A DNA stretch of 64,000 nt from Lama glama (taxonomy: Eukaryota): assembly GCA_028534125.1 (NCBI GenBank), contig CM052832.1, positions 21,206,001 to 21,270,000 on the forward strand, read 5' to 3'. Shown here in pieces: positions 1 through 13,134 of this stretch. The notes under the pieces are model-generated. The model worked only from the letters and a program-made list of their open reading frames with translations. It was not told where the DNA came from and did no database searches. Position numbers and translations under genes: made by a program. How positions within the stretch are numbered: the stretch's first letter is position 1; every line of letters begins with the position of its first letter.

Positions 1-252
1 CAGACATCGGCGCTTCTTAGAACTTGGATTTGGACTGGACTACAGAGCTGGCTTTCTTGGTTCTCTAGCTTGTAGTCAGCAGATTGTGGAACTTCTCAGC
101 TGACTCACGTGTTTATAGAGGCCAGTAAGTCCCATATATATATCAAGGTTCTCCAGAGAAGCAGAACCAGTAGGATCAACAGGATATCTACATAGTCTAT
201 TGGTGCATATACTCTACTGATTCTGTTTCTCTGGAGAACCCTGACGTGTACA
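1..252 (+). mobile_element. MLT2-type (ERV-L) LTR, 3' part
   Basis: Ends ...TTCTGTTTCTCTGGAGAACCCTGACGTGTACA, like the MLT2 terminus TTCTGTTTCTCTGGAGAACCCTGACTAATACA. Confidence 0.7.
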
Positions 253-410
253 CTGGTAAAAAGGCCTCTCTCCATACCTAAATGCCTAAACACTTGAAGA
301 GAACAGTCTCTTATTTTCTTGTCATCTCCAATGTCCTTCTCTTCCTGTCCTATGGTTACTACTCAGTTCAGGCCCTCAACATCTTTTAACTGAAAAACTG
401 TAAGAGTCTC

Positions 411-456
411 GGTCATGGACTGAATGTTTGTGTCTCCCCCAAACTCCTGTGTTGAA
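411..456 (+). mobile_element. MaLR (MLT1-like) LTR 5' fragment
   Basis: GTCATGGACTGAATGTTTGTGTCTCCCCCAAACTCCTGTGTTGAA resembles the MLT1A/B/C LTR start. Confidence 0.5.
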
Positions 457-1981
457 GAATTGGAAGAGTGACAGAAAAGATGGGTAAGATATCAAGACAG
501 TATTTCCCCTCCTATTACTTCAAAAGTAGGTGACCTTATTTTGTCCCTGTTGACTTTGATCTTGCTAGAATTATCTCATCACTCCAATCTGACAAGATTT
601 TGTTTTGGCAGTTAGATCTAATATGATGGATACACCCATCACAAATCCTGCACCTTCAGCTAAGTCATTGACTTCATAAAGGGATTAATATGTCCTGGGG
701 AGAGCCCTGAGAAAGGGCATTCAAATTTCCCTCTACTTTGATATCAATTCATTATCTTAATTACTTTCACATTTCACCTGCTTACTTATTCACCTAATTC
801 AACTGCCATCCAATCCCTGATAACCTTTTTCTCTAAACCATATCTGCCTAAGCATAAAGTTGGTCACAAGAACGTCCCGTCCATTATGTTGTGCTTTTAA
901 GGTTATTGTTCCTTCTCCCACCTCCTCCCTTACTGTTTATGATATACACCGGAATTTAGTCTGCATACCCTTAGGATTTGCTAAAGTTTACTATGAATAT
1001 TTTAAGCATTTTAGATATACTTTGAAATTGCATTTGAGCTCAAACTGTCTGATATTTCCAAGATTTTTACTACATGTGAAGTTGAGACTTTCAGAACACT
1101 GATTCTTAGTGACCTCGTGTAGAATGTGCCTTGGCGATAATGCCATTGGCCTCAACTGAAGGATATTGAAGACCCAGAGACATTTTTGTGTCTTTTGGAG
1201 CAATGTTGCTAAAGACACTTTCACTGTATCATTCCATGTTCTCTTTATGTGAATCATCTACAGGAGGAATGTTTGATAGGTTTTAGGTTCAGAAAAAGTG
1301 TTTCATTTATAGTTTGGCTTTAATCTTATGGATAAATCTTACAATTAGGCAGTTTCCCTCTTCGCTCTGTTCTTTAGAAATGTGAAGCCCACGATGCCTC
1401 TCCTGTCTAGCACCTACTCAGGACAAGAAGGTAAGTGTGTTTGTAAGTGAAATCTTATCCTTTGATTTATTCGTTTTTCTACCCTTACTTTCCATCCCCC
1501 CAAAAAATTATTTCAAAAATTCAGGTTTATATTTTGCATTTATGTAAAATGTAGCTCATGAATCAGGGCACAAACAATTTTCTGTCTCTTTTTACAAAGG
1601 TGGGAATTAAATGCCCTGATAAGCTGTTAAGTTTAAGAAAAGCTTTAAGACTGATTAATCCAATGAGACTTAGCTTTTTGGACTATCTTTTTGCATTTGC
1701 TAGCTAGCTATCTATGATGACAAGTATGGTCTGGTTTAACATTCTTTTGAGCCAACATTTGTAATAAATTCTTTCCATATCCAGGGTCTGACTATAAAAT
1801 GTCAAAACACTTGGATAGAAAGTAAAAACTTCCATAATCTTGGTGTTGGTCCTAGTGATTATCACTGAAAGCAAACATTAAGGTGATTAGTGGCTCTTCT
1901 CACTCTTCACAAAGAAGTTGTAGTGTCAGTCCTGTAAAACAAAAATCCAACTGTCTTCTAGCGAAAGGATGATAACTCAGT

Positions 1982-2168
1982 GCCCAGGAGACACAAGTTC
2001 TAGTCCTGCTTATTTACTAAGACTCTAGCAAGGCCTGGATTTCCATTTCCTGCATTTCCATTCCCTCAAATCTGTAAGACAAAGGTAATGGCCCCTGGGT
2101 TCTGCAGATCAATTGAGATAATAGATATAAAAGCACTTTGAGAACTATAAAGTGCTATATGATTATTA
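1982..2168 (+). mobile_element. MIR-family SINE fragment
   Basis: GTTCTAGTCCTGC ... CCCTCAAATCTGTAAGA ... GAGATAATAGATATAAAAGCACTTTG, matching the MIR core and tail. Confidence 0.55.
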
Positions 2169-2489
2169 GAGAATGGCTTTGAGTCAGAAAACAAATCATT
2201 ATCATCGCTGCCTAATGATACTTTATATACAAAGCTTCTGACTTCTTTTAAGTCGAGAGGGTCACAGGAGATATATACACATATATAGACACAGCCATGT
2301 GCAGGTTCATAAGTTTTAAAAAAAAAGGGGAAACGCAATGCCTCAGCATTTTAGCCACAGAAATGAGGAAGGGAGATGGTTTCCTAGAGAATCCCCAGAT
2401 TTAACCAGCCAACTTCCACTTGTTTGGTGGGGTGGGGATGACTGCATCGCCACTGTGCTTTTTAAAACATAAATTTGTGTATTTACTTA

Positions 2490-2676
2490 ATTATTTATTA
2501 TTGTGGTAAAAAACATGCATAACATTAAATTTACCATTTTTACCATTTTTAAGTGTACAAAATTCAGCGGCCTTCGGTTCAATAACATTGTCGTGCAACC
2601 ATTGTGATCCATTTCTAGAATTTTTCACCATCCCAAACAGAAATTCTGTACCTATTAAACACTGGCTCCCCATTCA
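2490..2676 (-). mobile_element. L1 (L1MA/L1MB-like) 3' end fragment
   Basis: TTATTGTGGTAAAA...AAATTTACCATTTTT...AAGTGTACAA...TTTTTCACCATCCCAAACAGAAATTCTGTACC, typical of an L1M 3'UTR in antisense. Confidence 0.75.
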
Positions 2677-5668
2677 GCTTCCATTTTGGGAGGCTCCATC
2701 TGTTGGTCTTGGGCCACCATGTGTCATCTTTCCCCATCATGTACAGGGTGAAACTTCCTTCTGTTTAGGCTTCTCATTTCCCCTTCCTTGAAAAGTTGCT
2801 GTTTGCCCAGGTCATAAGTTATTTTTCTCCTATGCTATTAATTATTTAATATTATAAATTAAAAAATGATTTTTGCTTGCTTTGATGTTTTGGACAAAAG
2901 TTGGAATGGAGCGTCAGAATTCAGTCCTGATCCTGGCCCATGTATATGCCCTGCCGGTAAACTAATGTCACGGTCTTGACTACAGCACCTCAGGTAAGCC
3001 CTGGACTTCTTCTCTCCATAGGGAGCCTTTGCTGTGCCCACTCTGAAGCACATGTGATCTGGGTCACACAGAGGACAAAGTGAAACACTGTGGATAAATC
3101 AATACACACCCACTTGAAACACAAGTTCATTTATGAAGCTTAATACATTAAATAGGGACAAATCAATTTCAGGCACAGTCTGTTCCTTGAGAACCTGTAT
3201 TACTAACTCTGGTGTAGCACGTGCTGCCAGAAGAGAGGTACCTGTTAAATGTTTGTTGAAACAAATTCAGAATAAAATTCTTCCTTTGGACAGACTCCAT
3301 AGTAATATTGACATGTATAAGAAAGCTAAGAACTAGTTAGAAAAATGAGGAAGGAAAAGTGTTTGCTATGAGCTTATTATATGACAGATAATTGTGCTGT
3401 CTTAGTGTTTATGATTTCATTGAATCCCTATATTAACCCAGAAAGCAGCATTATCAATTATGCCCACTTCTTGGAGAGGCTAAGAATTTGTCTGAGCTCA
3501 AAGAGCAGTACCAAGGGACAAAACCAGAATTCAAACCCAGATATAGCTCACTCGAGTTCCCATCCATTTTTCATTTCTATACTGAGATATAAAACCATTT
3601 GAAAGTATAAACCCACAGTATGCTATTCAATCTCCTTCTTTCCTGTAAAATGGCTGGTTGAACTTTGAGCTCTTGACTGCAATCTGTGTGATGAAAGACA
3701 TAGGAAAGTTAGAGGAATGGATGGTGGATTAGAAAATTTGAACATGATCTGAGATACACTCATATATCCTACTGGGTCTCTATGCTCAGGTTTGACATAT
3801 TTCAACTACCCCATTCTAGGCAAAAATACCATTTATTAACTTTTAATATTCTTCTATATCCCAAATGGGCATTTTTCAAGATTTACTTCAATATGGCCAA
3901 TAAACAACTCACTGATTCTAGGGTAAAACAATCCCTGAGTCCCTGGAATTTATAACAGAAGATTAGTAACAGGACTTCCAGGAACCCAATCTGTTCCAGA
4001 GTAATAACACTGTCATAATTTAGATACACCAGCTTCAAAAAGAGGCTGGTAATAAAAAATAATATTAGCACATAAAGTATGGTATAGAGTATGAGGCATA
4101 AAGAATGTTGAGAAATAGGTGAGTTTTAAGTTTCAAAACATGTTTTAGAAAACCATTATTCAAAAATTACATTAATTGAATAAACAGAAGATTGCATGAA
4201 GTACTTATCGTCACTATTACATCAATTAAAGACGTCTGGACTTGCCTGAAAGTAGAAAATATAACACTGAACATAAAACCCTAGAAACATGTGGCTGTAA
4301 AGATGGTGGTGATATTTTTGCTCACAGAGTCTCACACTGAAAGTCAGAAGTAATCAGTATGCTTGTGGTTTCCTAGAAGACAAAAAAATCTACATGCAAT
4401 TTTTAAAAATGATGACTGTATTTATAAAGAAATCCATATGAATGTGTAGTTAGCATGTGTCAAATACAGCCTATCTTTGGTTGTATTTTCATCTTCAGAA
4501 ATCAAAGAGAAAGACTCATTAGCTACAGCCCTTTTTGAAAAGATCTATCACTGGGCCCTGCTTACTTTGGCTATATATTTTCTTCACAAATATTTCTTCT
4601 ATCTTTCCATATTTGGAATTCCTCCTTCTCAGAGGTGAAATACCTTGTTTCATCCAAATTCTGGATTTTAAACACGTTCTTTTTTTCCATTCATTATAAC
4701 CCATACCTCTGCGTTTGCATGCCATGGATTGGACCACCAGCATTGTAGCCTTGCACAGCTCAGGGGATCACACAATGACCACAAACAGGGTACCCTAAAA
4801 AATCACGGTGCTACAACAACAATCTGTTCATCAAAGAGATGATCTCAAAAATTCAACGTATGGCAGAGTGGGAGACTGAGCGGATGTGCCCCTCCCTCTC
4901 CCATCACCATTACCAACAAATAGAAATACCACACACATGCACACACACATGAATAAAACGGAAGCACCAAAGTGCCAGAGAGAAAGAAAGAACTTCAAAC
5001 ATAGTAGTAAAAGCAACACTTAAGGAACCAGAGACTCAGAAGAGCAACAGACACCAGATGAAGCCCTAATCCATGGGGCTTTTTTTTGTGCTACAAGGGA
5101 AGATGTGCTCTTTGCCCCACAAGACTGTAGCCTATAGCTGAGATCCCTGCATATGGCTTCCTATACTATGAAGGAGGAGCCAGAAAAACTCCATCTCCCA
5201 CTAAGGAACACAGCAGAGAAAATTTTCACCAGATTACAGATCTGGTGCATAAAAAAGTCTTGTGAGAAACCAAAATGCCAAGACTGTGCCGTATATGGAT
5301 AAAGAATCCACATTTCTATTACCTGTTGCTTTAGTCATTTGGGGTTGGTGGGAGGGCTGTTTATTTCTCAACACTTCCAGCCTGTTGTTCCAGGAAAAAA
5401 AAAAAAAAAGCAATACTGGCAGCTGGAAGTCAGCCAAAAAGTAATGAAAGTTCCCAAGGAGATGAGTGGGCCGCTGACACTACAGCGAGTTAAGGAGCAG
5501 ACTGAAACACAGCTAAAGAGAGACATTATACGCTGGAAGAGAGACCATCGGAATATCCTAGAATGAAGCAAGAAAATAGAGATAAAGTGTATGAAAGAGA
5601 AGTGAAAAGATTTAGAGGCTAGAATGAGAGGGACAATCATACGTTAAATAATTTTCAGGAAGAAAGCA

Positions 5669-6074
5669 CAGGCGTACCTCATTTGATTGTGCTTTATTGT
5701 GCTTTGTGCAGATATTGTATATTTTTTTCACAAATTGAAGGTTTGTGGCAACCCTGCATTGAGCACAGGTCTATCTCTGTGTCACATTTTGGCAATTCTT
5801 GCAATATTTCACACATTCCACCAGCAATAAGACTATGACTTGCTGAAGGCTCAGATGATGATTAGCATTTTTTAGCAATAAAACATTTAAAACTTAAGGT
5901 ATGCACGTTGCATTTTTAGACCTAATGCTGTTGCAAATTAACAGACTACAGTATAGTGTAAATATAACCTTTAGATGTAGTGGGAAACCAAAAATTTCAT
6001 GGGACTTACTTTATTGTGATGTTTGCTTTATTGTGGCCTGGAACTTCAGCTGCAGGATCTTTAAGGGATGGCTG
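5669..6074 (+). mobile_element. Tigger1-derived non-autonomous DNA transposon (~405 bp internal-deletion element)
   Basis: Starts CAGGCGTACCTC...CAAATTGAAGGTTTGTGGCAACCCTGC (Tigger1 left end). Ends with GCTGAAGGCTCAGATGAT...GACTACAGTATAGTGTAAA...GGGAAACCAAAAATTT...GGATGGCTG followed by TA (Tigger1 right end). Confidence 0.85.
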
Positions 6075-6099
6075 TACAGGGAGAAAATGGAAGAGACAA

Positions 6100-6215
6100 T
6101 TTATTTATATATATTTTATGTATATATAAATATAAATATATATATTATGTGTGTATACACATAAATTATATATTTATAAATTCATAAATATATTATATAT
6201 AATTATATATATCTA
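6100..6215. repeat. (TA)n-rich low-complexity tract
   Basis: Seen directly. Confidence 0.85.
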
Positions 6216-9200
6216 AATACATGCTTATAAGCTTCTCAGAATTAAGACATGAATCAATAGATTGAAAAATCAAGTTCCCAGGATAAATCAAAATATGTCC
6301 AGACACAACATAGCAAAAGCTGGAAAAACCAAAGAAGAAGTAACAAGGCACCCTGAGAGAATGACAGAAATACATATACACGTACACAAAACCAAATAAC
6401 AGTAAGAGGAATAGCAAACGTCTCAGAGAAACATAGGTGAAAAGATGATATAATAATATTAGCAAAGTGCTCAGGGGAAATAACAGACTCCTATACTCAG
6501 CGGAATTATCATTCAAGAAAAAGGGCAACATAAAGCTATTGTGAATCTACAAAGGCCCTCACAATTGGACATTCAACTTGTAGTGAGAAAGAAATACGAC
6601 TTGAGGGAAAGATCAGTACTCAAATAGTAACAGTAGGCTCTGCATGAGAAATGTAAATGAGCAGACTCTCAGGAACCTGTGCTGTTCAAAGGAAGGGCAG
6701 CACGTCTACTATCTCATTTCAAAACTTAACTCTAAAGCTAGGGTAATCTAACAGTATGGAACTCACGTAAAGACAGACAACCAGATCCTCGGCACGAAAT
6801 AAAAAAGTTCAGAGAAAGACTCACACTTATACAGTCATTTAATTTTTGGCCAAGACATCAAAACAATTAAATAGGAAGAGAGAAGTCTTTACCACAAATG
6901 GTGCCAGAACAGTTGGATATCTCTATGGAAATAAAGAACAGAAATTATCGCAATGGAAGACAAAGACATTACAAAGATGATCAACCTAGAAAGATCTTGA
7001 ATACACCAAGAGTAGTCAAGAGAGAAGAAAGGATGTTTGTACGAATCTGTATGTGTCTTATGTTTAATCATGAGAAAATATTAGAAACTACTTTATGCCA
7101 ATGAATTTGAAAATATAAAATTGAAAATTATTTACAAACATAAAATGTCAAAATTGATTCAAGAAGAGAAAATCTGAACTTACTTGTAATCATTTAAAAA
7201 ATTAAATCAGTAAGCACAAATCTACCCAGAAAAAAGGCATCAGAGCCAAATGATTTTATAGTGATTTTTCACTAAGTTAAAAAAAAAAAAATGAGGCACA
7301 CCAGAAACTAACACAACATTGTAAATCGACAATTCTTCAATTTAAAAAAATAGAAAATAAAAAAGATAAGCTCTAATTTCATAAACTGTTCCAGAATTGG
7401 AAAAAGTGCGCAGGTCCCCCACTTCATTTTATGGAACTAATACTGCCTTAATACCAAAATCGACAAAGGACAGTGTAAAAAAGGAAAACTGTAGTTTAAT
7501 CTTATTTATAAACATAGACCCTCCCCAAACCCTGATTAAGTATTAGACAACTTTATTTACCACTGTATTTTTAAAAATAATACCTCATGAACAGGCATAG
7601 TGCACCCCAAGGATACATGAGTCATTTAGCATTAGAAGAATCTTTTGAAGTTACTTAACAAAATAACAAGTTAAAGGGTAATAATTATCAGATCTTCTTA
7701 ATGATTTGAGAAAAACAATTACTAAAATTCTAGATCCCTTCATGATAAAACAAACAACTTAGCACATTAGGAGTGGATCAGCCCTTTCTGCATATAATAA
7801 GGGGTATCTTTAAAAAATTACAGCTAACATCATGCATAATGGTGAACTGTCAGAAGTTTTTTTTTTTTTAATCAGAAAAAAAGGTGAGATGCTGAGTTCT
7901 CAGTTTCTTTTCAGAATTCTACTGGAAATCCTACATCAAACAATGAAAAAAGAAAGATAAAGCAGAGGGCATGAAATTTGATCTTGGCATCTACAATGGT
8001 TAATACAAGAGAATGAATGGCTTTAGGGGAGGAACTGTCTTTGTTTAGGTTTCCTTGCTAAGCTGCTAGTGGGGAGGTGAGGGCTTGGGCCAACAGGGGC
8101 AAAGGTAATGAAGAATACTCAGTGATTCTGTGTTTAAAATCCATAATATCTGGGTATGAGAAAAGAGAGAGGAAGAGACAGTAATATTGCTAGAAGCCAA
8201 AGCCCATGTTTAGAAAAGGTCATAGGATCTCAGGGCCAGGTCTTCTGAACATTTCATAGTGAAGATCATTGAACTTTCACAAATAAGTGTTTCTGCTCTG
8301 ACAAGATATTTAATAATGACTTCTACACTGCGGGGATGCTTCTGGATGTGATTTTTTTTTTTGATGGCACTTAAAAAAAAAAAAACACCAAGCATGAATT
8401 TCCTACCCAGCGCAACATGATGCTAAGAAAACATTATCAACAGACAGTCACAAATCTTAAATAACTCAGCAGTAAAAGGTGCCCAGAACCAGAGAAGACA
8501 ATGATAACCTAAATCCCCGTGAGAAGTCACAAGAATTCAGTGCACTACATAGCAAGAGACAGAGAACAGGGGTTCTAGCAATTTTACGGATTTATTAAGG
8601 GTCTAGAAAATGATGGTGCTGTAAGTAGCAGAAGATTCTGGAAAGCAACTGTAAAGGGAATATAAAAAACTTTCACAATTTGATTCCTACATACTGTGAG
8701 GTTGATTACTTACATAGCCTGTTGCTAGGTGACAAGGACGCCATGAAAAGGAAAAGTTTCAGAGTGTGTTTAAAAGATTTCATTGGAAACACTAGAATCT
8801 ATTTACAGAGAAAGTTTTTATTTTCCCTCATGCTTTTGAAATATTTCATCTGAGTGGAAAACTGTCTAGAGAATATGGAATACAAAAAAAGAAAAGTTCT
8901 TCTGGGACTTCTAATTTCTCAGTGACTAAATATTTTATGCTAGAATACCTGTTCAGTCAAACTAATGTCAAGGTATAATTTAGTTATCCTAAAAAATGAA
9001 TCCCACAGTAACCATTTAGCTTGAACACAGAATAACCTAAGGATATTAATATGAATTACAAACAATTCTCATTATGGTCAGAAGGGACTATAACTCTTTT
9101 GCTGCTATTTTTAGCATTCAAATCTCATAATTCTATAAAATTAGATTATAATGGTAGAAGCATCAGCTCTAGTCAAATCAACTTCAGCAATATAAATATT

Positions 9201-10044
9201 CTACAGTGACAGCAAGTCTTAAAATGAACTGCTATTTAAATTACTGCCAAAATACGAGGGACAGTCTAGTTCCATAAGATGTGTTCCTATTACTTGTGAA
9301 ATCTGATCACTTATTAACATAACTAGCATGGACTTTTCTGTTTATACATTGCTCAGCTTCTCTGCCAAGCTTGCATTTGTTTTAGCTTTTTGGTTGTTCT
9401 TTGCAACAAACAGTATTGCTACATCAGTAAGTCCATTGCTTTTTATCATTTTTTTTACAGTATAAAATAGAATATTTAATGTGTTAGCCCAGACTTCTTG
9501 GTATGTTGTTGCAGCTCTACTCCAGAACATTCCTAATCCAGCTGGGAAATAATTTCTTACATTAAAGGCAGCTAATAGAAGTTGTCTCATTCCTTCTACC
9601 ACAGGTAAACCACTAATGTCGTCACAGTTTCTGTACTAACGCTCTTTCCAATAAAAACAGACGTTCCATGCAGCCAGGACTCACATATAATACATACCTT
9701 ACGAAGATCGGGGAAGTGACTTTTATATAAATGTCTTAAATGTGTTACTGTATTTTAGACAAGCAAGCAGCCAGTACTTTCAGGGATTTGTTTCCTCTCT
9801 CATCTCTTCTTTATTAAATCAACTGAGCATCACATTAAAGATTTCCTAGACCTCAATCACTAGTAAAAGAATGATAATCTTAATGTTGTAATATGCTTCT
9901 GACACTACATCAGTGTTCATGGGTGGATGAAAAATACAAATATCAATTCAAATTGCAATAAATTAATCATTGCCACCAAAACCATGATATTTTCTTACTT
10001 TTTTTTTTTTTTTAGAAATTAGAAGCTCTGGATTTGAGTCCTGT

Positions 10045-10250
10045 TTATTTATTTTGTTTATTTTTTTAATTGAAGTATATAGTCCATTTGAAATGTGGTA
10101 TCAATTTCTGGTGCATAATTTTTCAGTTATATATATGCACACTTAGATTCATCTTCATATTCTTTTTCATTATAGGTTACTACAAGATAGTGAGTTCAGT
10201 TCCCTGTGCTCTGCAGTAGAAACTCGCTGTTTACCTACTTTTCTATACTT
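10045..10250 (-). mobile_element. L1 3' end fragment, cetartiodactyl type
   Basis: TTTTTTAATTGAAGTATA...CATATTCTTTTTCATTATAGGTTACTACAAGATA...GTTCCCTGTGCT, the antisense of the same 3'UTR seen at 24560-24770. Confidence 0.75.
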
Positions 10251-10999
10251 TGTATCGAAGATGTCATCTCCTCCTGACACTGACACTCTGTTCATGGGTT
10301 CCTCCTCGACTACCTTACAGGATAGGCCGGGAATGGTATCTCCACCTGACCAACAGTTACACAGGAAATAGTGAAAAATGAGAGTCACTGTTGGACTTCC
10401 CGCAAGAATGCATGGTAAGTTAAACTGTGGGAAAACAAAACAAAACAAGGAATGGACCTGGAGGAACACAGAGTTGAAATGACTTCAGGCAAGGGCTTTG
10501 CCTCTTGGTATTTCCAAATCCCATTCCCCTCCACTTTGGCTTGGATGCCCTCAGGTTGACACGGCAGTTTCAACTCCTTATCTCAGCCCAGTAATCATGG
10601 TGTCATACAATCCACCGCATGTCTGCCTTCCTCCTCAGCGGAGCAGACAAACAACGGCATTGCTCCCGGAACTGGGACAGACAACCCTTTCAAAATAAAT
10701 GGATGAATCATGCCTACTTCATATCCTGAACAAATCTAGGTCCACTTCCAACAGGCGACTAACAATAACCAGAAAATACATGCAGAACTAGCTCTATCAT
10801 GATCTCTCCTGTTAACGCTTTCGATCTCAGAAGACAAGTTAAATTCCATGCCAATGAAATAGATACAATTAAAACACATACACATTTCAATCTCTAGCTC
10901 TGTGGGCTTTGTCTACTAAGAACTCTTAGAAGACTTCAGAAATTCACAAAAATAGTAAGACTAATTTCTTTTTTTTTTTTGACTCAATGTCTATTAATT

Positions 11000-11130
11000 T
11001 TTTGTGTGTGTGGGAGAAGGTAATTAGGTTTACTTATTTATTTATTTGTTTAGAGGAGGTACTGGGAATTGAACCCAGGACCTTGTGGATGCTAAGCAAG
11101 CACCCTACCACTTGAGCTAAACCCTCCCCC
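11000..11130 (-). mobile_element. tRNA-derived SINE (camelid vic-1-like) with target-site duplication
   Basis: Minus strand GGGGGAGGGTTTAGCTCAAGTGGTAG (A box) ... CCTGGGTTCAATTCCCAG (B box) ... AAACCTAATTACC tail. TATTAATT flanks both sides (10992-10999, 11131-11138). Confidence 0.85.
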
Positions 11131-11727
11131 TATTAATTCTTTTTCTTAAGATTTAAGCTCGTTCACCTTACTTGAATAGAAGGAAATACTGAAAAAGAAA
11201 CCACATCTTTGATTTTCCAATGGTTATTCCTTTTCTCAGTTTGGGGATTCATATAATAAAAACTAAAACTGATGTAAAAGGAGGAAGAACAAGGAATAGC
11301 AATATAATTACTATGATTGTATCTTAAATCTATCCCTTGAGTTTCCTGACAAAAAAAAACTCCATGAGGTGTATAACAGGGTGTGTTATGTAAGTCTCAT
11401 TGTCTGATTGAAGGAATAAAAGGAAACATACTGATTCTTAAGAAGAGAATATTTTCCTGGTACTAAATTCCAAAGGCAAATTTTTACAGGTCCACCTTCA
11501 AAGAGATTTTGAGCTATGTACAGAACAACGGCTTCAATAGTCATTGGATAGTATCTTAGAAACTTTTATAGGTGTCATTTTTAAAAAAACAACTTGATGA
11601 GAAACAACCCTTTTATAAAATAATACATGTATACTCGATTAATAAGGAAGGGTTTGAACTAAGGCAACAGGAATGGAGAGAAAAGAATGAATGGGAATTA
11701 GTGGTGACTTTTTGGAAGCCTCTGGGC

Positions 11728-12050
11728 CAGTGTTACTCAGAGTGTTGTCTCTGAACCAGCCTGCCAGTCTGCAAACCATCACCAGTACACAAGCAGGTCA
11801 GTTCTGAAACTGAGAGTAAAGGTTTAAAACTACTTTAGCAATTTGACAGAATTATTTTATGAATGTTGACTCTATGAATGTTTAATAATTCAAAATTTAA
11901 GCCTGTTCTTTTACTGTCTTTGATATTTTTAGACTTTTATTTTTCTGGTAATTAATTATTACTGTGTTTTATAAAAATAAGATCCTGCAATGGCTTGAAA
12001 ATGTAAACATCAAAACAAAACTGGTCCTTCACCACAGATAGAAATAACTA
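11728..12050 (+). mobile_element. hAT-Charlie non-autonomous element (MER5C-like)
   Basis: Starts CAGTGTTACTCAGAGTG, contains TAGCAATTTGACAGA, ends AAAACTGGTCCTTCACCACAGATAG. Confidence 0.65.
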
Positions 12051-13134
12051 CTCTACACTTCTGTTTCTCAAACTTCAGTGGCTATATGCCATCCTCATGG
12101 GTCTGCCATATCTGCACCCTAACTGTATCATGCATTCAATAATTTTCTTTAAAGAAAATTGCTTTTTTATTTAAATAAATTTATTTTTAAATGATACTAT
12201 ATCACCACCATAAGCACTGTCTTACATTATAAAGAGAAAATAATTATAAAAGCAAATACTATGAAAACAAAAGAATGCTACTCAATTTAAAAATAATAAA
12301 ATAATGATCTTCAAGTAGTAATGACAAAGTTAATTATTTTGCAAAAACGTACACCTGAAAATATGGAAAAGCCCCATTTTTTCATTCTTACCAATTGAAA
12401 ATGAATATTCAGTTCAACATTTCTTAGTTCAGGATAAAGATGAACTGAACATCCAAAAGGCATTTAAAGGACTTCTCAGGAAAGGTGGGATACTAAGAAC
12501 TAGCTCCTACTGAAAATGATGTTAAGTGTTTGTTCAACAAATTTTTCCCAGTAGTCTTCTGAAGTGAACTCCCAAATCATCTGAATGGGCCGGTTACTTG
12601 GTAAAACCCAGGACAGTGATTTTTCAAAGGGTTTTTTTTTTTTTTCCCCTGAATCACAGCCATTTGGTTTGAGAAAATACTCATGAAAACCTTTTATTAA
12701 GTGGCTCCCCCATAATTTTGAACATGTTTTCATAAGTTCTTCAGAAAACATTTCTGAAGAAATTATAAGTTTTTCAGTAAGTACTGTTAGCAGAACAAAT
12801 GTAAGTTTCAGAACTTGTCCCCAGGATCCTGTTTATCGTGTCTTATGCGTGGAAAACATAACAGCTTCTCAAAACACTGTGCTCTTAACATGGGCCAGAT
12901 ACTCTGCTAAGTGCTGCATGGATGATATAGACATAGTCTGTCATTTATATATTATATAATCTCATTTTATGTACATATATTATATATAATGAGGTTTTAC
13001 ATATTACATACACATATACGAAATGAGATTTTATATATAATAAATTATATAAGATACATATGCATGATATGTCCAAAATCTCATTTAGTTCTCACTTAAT
13101 GGAAACTCTGGGCTCAAAGAAATGTAGTGACCTC

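Larger units (their letters stand above)
4850..7950 (+). mobile_element. Old fragmented L1 (ORF1 and ORF2 remnants), interrupted by Tigger and TA repeats
   Basis: A-rich plus strand with decayed L1 motifs, e.g. AAAGCTAGGGTAATCTAACAGTATGG and TCTTTACCACAAATGGTGCCAGAACAGTTGGATATC (6735-6925), ACTTTATGCCAATGAATTTGAAAAT (7090) and CCCTTCATGATAAAA (7736). Boundaries approximate. Confidence 0.65.

Noticed and set aside
9342..9602. 86-aa ORF with faint resemblance to ARF-like GTPase C-terminal wording (DVAILFVAKNNQ)
   Set aside because: Non-ATG start, no P-loop, DxxG or NKxD motifs, and no poly(A)/TSD of a retrocopy. Likely chance; a tBLASTn or HMMER search would settle it.
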